64,000 bases of DNA from Octopus vulgaris (lineage: Eukaryota): positions 141,112,001-141,176,000 of the forward strand of contig OX597814.1 in the NCBI GenBank assembly GCA_951406725.2, read 5' to 3'. The notes below the pieces were generated by a model. The model worked only from the letters and a program-made list of their open reading frames with translations, searched no databases and was not told the origin of the DNA. Shown here piece after piece: positions 52,724-64,000 of the stretch. Every line of letters begins with the position of its first letter. Position 1 is the stretch's first letter. Both the position numbers and the translations under genes were made by a program.

Positions 52724-54039
52724 AGGGTATATATGTTTGTGTGCCTGTGTTGACAACCAGTATTGGTGTCTTTATGTCCCCGTAACTTAGCGGTTCGGCA
52801 AAATAGACCGATAGAATAAGTACTAGGCGTACAAAGAATAAGTCCTGGGATCTCTCTGCTCGCCTAAAGGCGGTGCTCCAGCATGGCCGCAGTCAAATGA
52901 CTGAAGCAAATAAAAGAATATATATGTTGGGGTGATGTTGGTAGTGTAAGTAAGTCTTTGCGTTTGTACTCTATCGCTTGACAACTAGTGTTGCTTTCTT
53001 TATGTCCCCATAACCTAGCGGTTCAGCAGGAACCGATAAAATACATATTAGACTGGAAATAAGTACTGGGGTCGATTTATTCAACTAAACCCTTCAATGT
53101 GATACCCTAACATGATCGCAGTTTTATAAATGAAACAAATAAAAGATCAAAGATAACATCTGTACCCGATCCTTCTTCCCCAGTACTTCAACTGTCAGGA
53201 ATTCTCTTCATATACTCGTTTATTTCTTGCAGACCTCGTTCTAAAGCCTTTTACTTTTAACACAAATAACATTAATCAAATCAGTCTCAGAGAGGCACAG
53301 GTGTGTCCCTCCTGACTAATATAATAAAATAATTGTCTCCAAATTAAATAGTTTCTGACTCTGAATAGAAAAGTTAGGTTTTGAGATGGGGGACTTACAT
53401 TATGTTATACATAGTATGTAGACACAATTTAAGAGCAATCTATCTTTAGCTGCTAAACGTGATTTATAAAAAAACAGAAGAAATCATATATAACCTAAAG
53501 GGCCAAATAAATTGGTTACGCTAAAAACTTTTACAATCTAGAACATATTTTTGTTTTATTTATCAAAAAATGTAATTTTTGCGGTTTATTATAAATCAAA
53601 AATTTTCATGTTGATAATTGGTGGAAAATCGATAGAAAATGAAAAAAGTCGAAGCAATTCTTATGATTTCTTTCTACATGCAATACTCTCTCTGTCCAAT
53701 ATGCAAACTTGGTAGTTACAGAAATTACAGTTAAGACCCTTCTGTCAGTGATGATGATGATGATCATTATGATAATGACGATGATGATAATAACAACAAC
53801 AACAGCAGCAGCAGCAACAACAACAACAACAATAATAAAAGTTAATAATAATATCGCCGCAGTATCAGCAGCAGCTAAACCAACAGTCGTAAATTTACCG
53901 GAGAGACAATATTAGAAATCCTCGTCCTTATAGTAATAATATAATTATAGTAATAGTTGTGAAACTATAGTAGTGAACTAGTAAATAATAAGATAGGGAT
54001 TATAGTAGTAATACTGAAATTATAATAGTGAACAATAAT

Positions 54040-56910
54040 TACCCAGAAAGATTAACAAGTAGCGTTGTGAAACCATCGAGTCGTCGACGAGGAGGGTGGA
54101 CTTTCGACACCCTGCGGGATGAAAAGCGAAACCCGGTAAAGGGCAGAGGAACTTAAAAAAGTCAATGGCCATTTCGAAAACAAGTTGACAGAACTCGTGA
54201 AACTTGGTTGGCAGTCTTCCTAGCAGAAGGAGCACTTTGATTTTAAAACTGGGGTAGATAGGACTCCTTAGTTACAGTGATGACAAGCTTTCAGTGTCCA
54301 ACGGTTCCATGCCTGAGATGAAGGCGAATGAACCGCGAATCGGGACTTAACTCCGGAGTAATATTTAGATGAAGATAAAGACCAACTGATGCTCACCTAT
54401 CTCCTAGTAGGTATCAGAATCATGGTCCCCAACACACAGAAATGCGAAGGGAACAGGCACAACTTATGGATAGTAAGAGCTTTGCAGTCTTGTTTGGCTC
54501 CTTCGTCAAACCAACAGAAGTGTGAGAAAAGGTGGGTATCTGGCGCCTTCAAATAACCAGTGTTCCGGGTATGATGTACTCGTTAGCCTTGAGTGGCAAG
54601 CAGCCTAGGAGAAGAAACACTCTGAGTCCAAAACCAGGGGAGCAAGAACCATGCCGCCTTGGTGGACTACCTTAATAGAGATGGTATCACGATGAAAATA
54701 CCTGTTGGTAGTAACCTAAAATCACACCTCGTTAGTGAGTGAAAACACCAAGCAAAATAGATGACGATAACGGTGTGAACGGGACTGGAACCAATGGTGA
54801 GGGTGTTGCACCCGGCACGTATCCCATTGTGCAGCAGGGTGGGCCCCGTCGTAACCCAGCAACTGCTTGCCATACTACAAGAAATAGTCCTTGTACTGAT
54901 CAAAATATGCATCATGCTCGCAAACGCAAGCAGTTTGTTGGTATGAACTAAAAGGCGATCAAGTTCCATGAACAAGCCTTGCTAGATAAGAACAATGGCA
55001 AATGTAAAGCTGTCGGAAAAAGATCATTAGATCTTTGGAACTAGATGGGTATGTTCCATATTACTGAAAATGGACTCATGAATCAAGATAAGAATAATTC
55101 GGAATAGAGGCTTTCTTAATGAGGCCCAGATGCAGACAATCAGGAAAAGTCTCCGTAGTGATGATAATGTCAAGAATAACGTAGGTGAAGATCAGCGAGT
55201 GCGTAGCCAAGGTGAAGTTGTAATAACCAGCACTTAGCCGAGGTAACAATCAAAATCGGTAACTTCCATGGAAACTCTTGTTCACCTCTATTATTTATTA
55301 TAGCCTTGATCACACTTTCTGTAGTCCTATGCAAAGTCAACGCGCACTATGTGCTGAGAAAGAATGGACCTCGTCTCACCCACCTTCTCTTCATGGATGA
55401 TTTAAAGCTGTTCGAAAAAAATACGGCCTGAAATGGAGAGGCTGGTTGAGACTTGCAAATGTGCAGCAAGGATATGGAAATGGGATTCGGTATCTCAAGT
55501 GTGTGGTGCTTACTTTGAAGCGGGTGTGGGAGAGTAAATTGTAGGCGTATAGAATTGCCAAACGGAGTGAGAATGGAAGACCTGGATGACGATGTGTACA
55601 AGTCCCTTGGGATCCAGTAGCTGAACAATGTCTTGCATAAAGAAATGGAAGACAAGGTCATCACTGCATATTTCAAGCGCCTTAAACTTCTCTTGAAATC
55701 AAAACTCAACTCAACATATGGGCAGTTGCTGCAGTCCGCTGTAGTGCACCCATACTAAAACGGGCGCAAGCGGAGATTAACCAACTCGATCGCACTATCC
55801 GAAAGACAATGACAATGTATGGTGCTCTCCACCCTAAGGCGAATGTACATAGGCTCTACATGAAGAAGGGTAAATGTGGACGTAGGCTGATTAGCGTATG
55901 GGAGTGCATCAGCAGTAAAAGAAGAAATATGGCAGAATATTTGGTAAACAACAAACAAGACCTGCTATAGTATACTGTTAATGCAGAAGAATTTAACAAA
56001 AATGGACTTGAGGGTGCCCATGAATTCAGATCAAGAACAGCCAACGAGAGAAAAGAAACCCTACTTTACATGGAATTAAATGGCCAGTTCCACTGTGAAA
56101 CCAACAAATTAAAAGACCAGGAAGCATCATGGAGGTGGCTTAACAAAGGTGACCTAAAAAGAATACTGAAAGCCTAATCATCGCTGCTCAAGACCAGACA
56201 CTGAATACCAACACAGTGAAAAAGAATATATACCACACAATTGCAACGGACCTCTGCAGAATGAGTGGGTCGAAAGCGTGACTCACATTGTTAGTACTTG
56301 TGAAAGTCTTGCACAGAAAGAGTACAAGCATACACACGACAATGTAGCCCAAAACTTCCACTGGCTACTATGCCGTATGGATATGAGGTTACGGGGGCTT
56401 GGTACCATCATACACCGGAAAAGGTAATGGACGAAAAGGGGATGGCAACATTCCTCTGGGACTTTGACTTCCTGACAGAAAAAATATTAGAGCAGCGAAG
56501 GCCGGATATAGAAACCTTTAGGAGGGACAAACAAGAGTGCCTAATTACAGACGGGGCAGTGCCAGGAAGTCAATTATATCATCAGAAAAGAAAGAGAAAC
56601 GGTTGATAAATATGGAGACCTGAGAATTAAGATCGCTAAAATGTGGCCGCTACGAGAGTCAAACAAAGGTTATCACTATTGTCATCGAAGTATTGGGTTT
56701 AGTACCACTCAATCTGAAAAGAAAACACAGCTGAAAACTTAAGAAATACCCTACAATCTAGGTGTATTACAAAAGTCGGCATTACTTGGAACTGCATGCA
56801 TATTGCGTAAAGTACTGTCTGTCTGACTTCACAAACAGTACGAACCCCCGGTAGACACAATATCTTCCGTCAACAACCTCACGATATTGTATACTGTACG
56901 ATATTGTATG
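54040..56910 (+). mobile_element. R4/Dong-clade LINE, both ends apparently present but internally deleted and degraded
   Basis: N-terminal LDLWN*MGMFHITENGLMNQ..IRNRGFL; SPLLFIIAL, HLLFMDDLKLF, RRLI, IAAQDQTLNT, EYKHTHD, LWDFDF..RRPDI, QKSALLGTACILRKVLSV* (stop 56824-26); CAA/TAA tail. Confidence 0.9.
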
Positions 56911-56957
56911 CAGCAACAACAACATCAACAATAATAATAGTAATAATAACAATAATA

Positions 56958-57465
56958 AAGTGCAAGCTTTCATGGCTTCTGTTCTCAGTTGATTGGAAGT
57001 GTTATCATGTACATGTTTTGTCTTGGTATAAAAAAGGGGCTACAGCAAATTTCCTGTTCAGTACCACAGGCTGCTTGTCAGTTGTTTGACCATAACCAGT
57101 TGAGAATGTCCCTTAGTGGATGATAATATGCGCATCTCTGATCACGAGCAGAAGTAATAGGGGAGCATCATAGCCATGTGTTGAGAGGAATTCTTTGAGG
57201 TTTGGATAATTCAGCTCTGAAAACATGAGTGTTTCGTTCAACACACTTAAATAACCCCTATTCAGGGACCTTATGGGCCACTCGACCTGAAGAAAATTCT
57301 AACTGGGCCCCACCTGTTTGTCTTGTTATGAGATCACCGTGTCGCGCAGATATGGTTGGGATGCATGCCTGGTGTACCCTTATCAGATGAGTAGTCGTGA
57401 TGAGTATATTGGGCTTCGTATATTTTATCCCAGTGTCATTTTGATGGCATGCACTGTTCTATCTC
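56958..57465 (+). mobile_element. Interspersed repeat, probably a retroposon 3' end, ending in (CAA)/(ACC)n
   Basis: Complex non-coding block between two trinucleotide arrays; family not identified. Confidence 0.4.
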
Positions 57466-58714
57466 AACAACAACAATAACAACCACCACCACCACCACCA
57501 CCACCACCACCACCACCACCACCACCACCACCACCACCACCACCACCACCACCACCACTACCACCACAACAACAACAACAACAACAGCAACAACATGTGT
57601 TTGGGAAGCAAGTGTCTTACCTTTCTTTAAAAAGTACCTTAAATAATCTGATTTAATAACTATCTCCCTGGACACGTGGTGAAACAACTATCATGTTGGA
57701 GTGAAGTGATTGATTAGTGAGTTAACAGATATGTCTTTATTGAGCATGTGAAAAGAAAATGGTTTTCCTGATTTTCTTCATAAACTATTTTGCATGAAGC
57801 AAATCCAGAAGTACTAGATATATAATGATCTCACTCTGTGATATCGTTTTATATTTTGTCATAAATTATAGAGTAAGTAACTTGACTGACAGTTCAAGAG
57901 ACAGCATTAATGCGAAGGACTCAGAGAAAATAATAATGCTCTGAAAAAGGAATCGGTTGCAAAAAGGATAACAAAGGCTCCGGAAACAACAACCAATAAA
58001 AAAAATAAAATAAAAAGATATACTAGGAAACAGAAAAATAATAAACTTGGTGTACAGAGAAGGAAAGCTGGTAAAAGAACTTTTTCTTACATAAGCTGAA
58101 TGCTCTCTTAATGACGACCTATGAGGAAATCGAATAAAATGAGAGAAACTGCCTGAAGTAAAACGACGAAGGATCTTCAGTGCATTCCATGTGAAAAAAG
58201 TAAGCAGCATGGCAGTTTAAACATATTTAGCTTATTGAATGCAAAAAGTAGAGAGAGCACGGTTAATGAATGAATGCAGTATTGAGAACTATCGCGACAG
58301 AGACTTCAAATAGAAAAGAAAGGAAAATAAGAATTAAAATAAAATACATGCAGGAAAGTGACTGCTATAACAGAAAAAAAAAAAATCGTTGTCCTAGAAA
58401 TAGAAACCTAGCAAGCAAGAAATATACTGATCTTGAAAGAGTTAAAGATAGCCTCAGTCTACGAACTAATGACATTTAAGCCATTATGTGTATAAAGCAG
58501 TAGAAGTGATTAGATGAGTTACGTTACAGCAAAAATAACCACGCATACAAAAGAAGTCAAAGTATGGGGGTTCATACTCAATCAAGATGTATGTGATAGC
58601 GTCCTCAAAATAATTACTGAAGATCAAACAAGTGGTTTAAGCTCAGACTTGGATACCTTAGCCTAAAGAACAAGGGAACCACTACACCGGCCCTGATTAT
58701 TATACTAGATCATC

Positions 58715-59075
58715 TGTCGTTGACGACGACGACTAAGGACATCACATGAGAGAAGAAGACGAGGCATGGTGTTTCCGGCTGTGACCGATGATCAGTCTGA
58801 AGCATGCTCGGAAAGCTCTGTTACCGGTCGGGCACTGGTGATCTGATGGGGCTGAAGGCGAGGAGTTGGCTCTAGACTTGTGCAGTTCGTGTTTTCTTTG
58901 TGTCCCTGCAATCCCTATTCTGTTTGTAGGGAGTGCCAGGCGATTTTTAACAGCTTTCTTGTGGAAGTGGTTTAGTCTCTTTGGCGTGGGGTTCATAAAT
59001 TGTCCAAGTTTCGCGGGCGTCCAGTAGCGTAGCCAGTACAACTGCTTGGTACACCTTCAACTTTGATTACGTGCA
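58715..59075 (-). mobile_element. Internally deleted RTE-clade LINE remnant
   Basis: KLKVYQAVVLATLLDARETWTIY..RLNHFH fused to QCPTGNRAFRACFRLIIGHSRKH. Confidence 0.75.
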
Positions 59076-59193
59076 GACTGAATGGATAAGGAATAGAAAC
59101 GGAAAATCAATAGCTAAAAAAACCCAATTATTATTTTCATTATTATCAAATGCATTGAGTTCTCTTTTACTTTGTTAGTAACATTATCGTTCA

Positions 59194-59228
<35 letters not shown>

Positions 59229-59278
59229 ATACTACTACTACTACTACCACCACCACCACCACCACCACCACCACCACC

Positions 59279-59345
<67 letters not shown>

Positions 59346-59469
59346 TTTCTTATAATAATAATGATTTTTTTTATCGGCCACCAGGGCTCAAGATATAGAG
59401 GCTCAAGATATCGAAGGACGAGTTACAGCCCATAAAAAAAAAAAAATAATGATAATAATTATTACTATT

Positions 59470-59865
59470 TGACTCAAGTTCGGTCTTATTCCTGATAGGA
59501 TTTATATGGGTAGCGGGTTACTACCTATAACCTTGGGTATCCATAAGTTTCCAGCAGTCTTTCAAATGCTCAGAACCCTCCTGATAATCCTTGCTGTCCC
59601 TAAGAGACAAAATTTCTGTAGGAATTCTACCAGACATTCTATTCTAATCTCCCTCAACCATTGTCCATATAATTGCTTACTCTTCACAACACATCAATTA
59701 TTATAGGCACGACCGTTACAATTCTCATACTCGAAATTCTTCCTATTTCAAATTTTAAGGGATTTTATTTTGTTTGGCTTTTCGTTCTCATTCATTACGA
59801 TCCTGGAATCAAATGGGCATGATGGATCGATAAGTAAACAACTTCAATTTTCCTTATCTATGTTG
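59470..59865 (-). mobile_element. RLE-domain 3' end of another R4-like LINE between microsatellite arrays
   Basis: CLLIDPSCPFDSRI..NENEK and EFLQKFCLLGTARIIRRVLSI*. Confidence 0.8.
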
Positions 59866-59945
59866 TTACTCCTCCTCCCCCCTCTTCCTCCTCCTCCTCC
59901 TTCCCTCCACTTCCTCCTCCCATCCTCCTCCTCCTCCTCCTCCTC

Positions 59946-60004
<59 letters not shown>

Positions 60005-60326
60005 GTTATTATTATTATTATTATTAATATAAAACAGAGTAGCCGTGTATCGAGTATATGTTTCAATGCAGCAAAACTGGATCCAGAGATGTTGAGAGTA
60101 CGGTATCTCCTTACTTGGCAAAGACAGAACAGATGGAAGTAAAAATAGAAGCAGTCTACTGGAAACTCTGGGGTTGAAATTCCAGGTGAGATCCATGCTA
60201 ATCATATGCCCAAGCCATTTCATCCCTCTGTACTTCCTGGTTGCTGACACAGTCAGTGAACGAAATGCAGTGTATTTTACACAAGCTTCTAACATGAAGC
60301 TTCGTTCTCGCCACAAATATCTCTTA

Positions 60327-60704
60327 CTAGCAGTATCGTCCGGCGTTGCTCGGGTTTGTTTCGACCCATTAGAATTGGAATTTTTGAAAAGTAAAAATTT
60401 TTCATTATGTAGCTTGTTATTCTCTTTAAGTGAACATTTTCCTGGTTGAAATACACCGAAAAATGGCAAGACAACAGTAAAAAAATCGTAAAAAATAGGG
60501 ATTTTCATAGAAAAAAGCACCTTTTTGATGTAAATAATTTTTGGTGTTAACGTTTTGAATTTTTTCTTCTACGGATGGAAGAGTAAGCCTTCTTCTATCA
60601 TGTTCTCAGTTTTGGTCAACTTACGCCGCAGGGTCTCGGAGGAGATAGTGTTAGTTAAAGGCTACCAAACCTGCCATAAACAGACAACTTTATATATATA
60701 GAGA
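60327..60704 (-). mobile_element. Non-autonomous Helitron (family of 50882-51278)
   Basis: Reverse-complement homology over its whole length; CTAG end at 60327. Confidence 0.85.
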
Positions 60705-61653
60705 TTATTAAAATACATATTGTATCTCCGGAAGCAAAAGTGAGGACGGCGTAATATTATTAGGTGGTGTATAAAAGTTATGAAGGATTACAAAAAACAA
60801 AGAAGCATGCAAAAATATTAAGACGACAAGTGTAAAGAAAGGTTCGGCAATGGGAAGATCACCAGGGAAGTCATATGGAAGGATATTCCATAGTTACTGA
60901 AAAGAACACAACATCTGAATGCTTAACTAATGTTTAAGAATAGTAAGAATAAAAACAAAATATATAAACGAAAACCTCTGCTTGAAGATCTCAGTTTTCG
61001 AATTTTAGATCTTACATCTTGTAAGCTAGGGTTGTTTAATCCGTAACAAGGATTCTTTAATCTGTAAAAAGGATTCCATCATCTCTATACAGGAATAGAT
61101 ATTTGAAAGAGAAAATGGAAGTTTATAGAGATAAAAATTACATTCATTGTATAGAAGATTTGTAATAAATAGGAGAAAGAATCATCGAATCGTCGTTCCA
61201 TTGCTGCCCGGGTGATCATTTGGAATAGGAATGGGAGAGTATAGAATGCGCAAGAATAAGAAGTAGCAAGGTGAAAACAATAAAGGCAGAGGATATCCAG
61301 TGACGATGGAATTTTGAATGCCGTAGAAAGAACATTTCCACTGTCAAAAAGCCATGTTCAATTTTAAAAGGTAACACACACAAACACATTATATAGATAG
61401 ACAGATTCACACACACGCACACACACATATAAAAGCACGGCTGTATGGTTAAGAAGCTCATTTCACAACATTTCTGGTTCAAGCTCCAATGTGCAGAATT
61501 TTGGGTAAGTAATCTCTATTATATTGTTAGACTGATCAATGCTTTGTGTTTCGTAGAGTGAATTTAGTAGAGGAAAACTAAGTGGAAGTATATTACACAC
61601 ACACACACACACACACGCACACACATACGCACACACACACGCACGCACACACG

Positions 61654-61700
<47 letters not shown>

Positions 61701-62774
61701 GCACATTATCTATTAGTGACGATAGTAACTTTTGTAATGAATATTAATTTGCACACCCGACTTAACTTGGATGTGTTGTTAAGAACGCCGTAAACTGCGG
61801 TACTGGAACAGAGAAATCATCTCGTATAGACGTTAGATGCCAAAAAAGAAAAGCACAGATTATATCAATAGGCGAAATTTCGTTAGCACCGGCGGATGGG
61901 ACTGGTGTATAACATGATTTCAGCATAATATGATCAGTAACATCACCCAAACATCGAATGCCGACGCTATTTCATACACAACCCGCCAACTTTTGCGACA
62001 TCGCTGACTGTTTAGTCAGAGTTAAACCATATCGGTTTGAAAAATTTTTGACCCAGTAATTCAGCAGCATGTAATCTGATAGATTAAGTGCCAGACATAA
62101 AATAAGTACTGCGGCCGATTTATTCAAATAAATCCTTAAAGGTGGCGCTCTAGCATAGGTAAGTGAAACTAGTAACAGAATAAGAAACTTGCAGTAGAGC
62201 TGCGTCATAGTGGTGTCAAACATAGAATGCAGACCGCCAAATAACTTGTTTTATTCTTCTCTTCCGTTTTATTTTGACATGCGCATTGCGTTTTATTTTT
62301 ATTTTCCGTTTGGCGAATTCAGTGTGCACATGTGCATTGCGTGCTCAATCTTCTCTTTCCGGTTCCTACTCAAAACTGTTTACCGATCACAGCACTCCGC
62401 GCTCTGATGGTTGTGAAATAACAAGATATATATTTTTAAGTACACCTACCGTGCGATGATAATGTCAAATAAATGCAGTATGTTTATGCATGTGTGTATA
62501 TGTATATATATGTTTAACTGTATGTATACAGTAGTAATTTCTGTACCAGCATTTAATCGCATTCAGGGAAAAAAAAAAGAAAAAGAAAAATGTATAAAGT
62601 GTTGCATGACAACCTTGATCCAGTGCCAATACTTGACCAATATGGAGTGCAGTATGTTGGAAGTACTGGATGCTTTCCGGTTCACTAGTTTCGAAGTGTT
62701 TGGAAAATGCTGATAGGAGCTGCCTTGCTTCCCTCTCATGACTAAATCATTATTTTTTATTTAAAAGATAAAGT

Positions 62775-62775
<1 letters not shown>

Positions 62776-62859
<84 letters not shown>

Positions 62860-63037
62860 CATCCACTTACCTACCCACCCATCTACCTACCTACCTACCT
62901 ACCTACCTACCTACCTACCTACCTACCTACCTACCTACCTATCTATCAACCAACGTACCAACCTACATACCTACCTACCTACCTACCTACCTACCTACCT
63001 ACCTACCTACCTACCTACCTACCTACCTATCTATCTT

Positions 63038-63081
<44 letters not shown>

Positions 63082-63150
63082 CCTACCTACCTACCTACCT
63101 ACCTACCTACCTACCTACCTACCTATCTATCTATCTATCTATCTATCTAT
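62776..63150. repeat. (TATC)n/(TACC)n compound microsatellite
   Basis: Direct. Confidence 0.95.
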
Positions 63151-64000
63151 TATACTTATATATATTCATATGTATATGCATATATATACACACATATATA
63201 TATTTATATGCGCATATATATGTTCACATGTATATATATATAGATATATATATACATGTATATGCATGTGTATATATATATAAATATATATATATATATA
63301 CACATGTATGTGTGTGTGTGTATGCGTGTGTGTCTGTATTCCTAGTCATAAACATTCACTTATATATGTCCGTGTGTGTGTATGAGTATGTTAGTCTGTA
63401 CGCACACAATTTGTGCGTCCATCTCAATGTTTTTGCTTTTATTTGTTAAACTTCTTTTTCATATTTCTATGACTATTCTTCGACGACACATTGCGCATTT
63501 TTTTTCATTCTTGCCAGAGATATTTTTGTGAATACGCGTAAGGTTATCGTTGCTCTCTATAGTTCTGTGGTTAAAGTAATGTCTGAAAGAAACGCGATGC
63601 ATAAAGAGTAAAAAAAGAATAAGGTAATGAGAGAGGGAGAGATGGAGAGAGAGAAAAAGAGAGAGGAAAACAAGCCTTTCTATTGATTATTTTTAAAGGT
63701 TTGTTTGAAATGGCGGGAAATGTTGCTTTCATTACGCCATCAACTGTTGATTTGGAAGCTCACAATAAAAATCGATTTTTCTCATTTTAGATCAGACCCA
63801 TGGTGGGTTATTTTTTCGAGAAAAGTGGGGGTACATTACAGTAAACGCACTTAACTCTCAATAGTACACACTAATAAGTTATAAATGAACGTCATGGATT
63901 TATACTGTTCATCTCAAGAAGCAATGGGATCATGTTAAAATTATTGACGTTCGTTTCGGAATCTTACAGTGCTGTGTTTAATTTCTTCCTTAGAATCTTT

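Larger units (their letters stand above)
49988..52920 (+). mobile_element. Family B SINE split by about 2.5 kb of nested insertions
   Basis: 5' half 49988-50150 ends AAAGTCCGTCGTTTA; 3' half about 52720-52920 resumes TTGACAACCAGTATTGGTG..GACTGAAGCAAATAAAAG. Confidence 0.75.

Noticed and set aside
59858-60520. 220-aa minus-strand ORF
   Set aside because: Chimeric read-through of a Helitron, a weak LINE remnant (KWLGH) and microsatellites.

Overview
AT-rich, microsatellite-saturated eukaryotic intronic/intergenic DNA. The SINE families and repeat landscape look like an octopus (cephalopod) genome; this is pattern recognition, not a database result. I find no confidently supported host gene, tRNA, rRNA or CRISPR. 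Most ORFs in the supplied track are microsatellite or SINE read-throughs. Content: (i) many copies of three tRNA-headed SINE families (Meta-domain-like, CORE-like with an internal CA/TA microsatellite, V-like); (ii) several R4/Dong-clade RLE LINEs in TAA-type arrays, one with about 1.65 kb of frameshift-free RT to CCHC to RLE sequence; (iii) RTE, HERO-like, CR1/L2-like and Tx1-like LINE remnants; (iv) Penelope-like elements (PLE); (v) non-autonomous Helitrons, piggyBac-type MITEs and a FLYWCH-MULE remnant. The most interesting signal, absent from the ORF track, is four type I hammerhead ribozyme folds (11375-11438, 33455-33562, 49744-49837, 51569-51659) plus a fifth damaged one. They have unrelated flanks and different palindromic stems III, share a long stem II, and lie in PLE-like inserts mostly next to (TA)n, some with inverted repeats. 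A second theme is self-nesting SINE multimers whose 3' tail matches a LINE 3' end found in the window.
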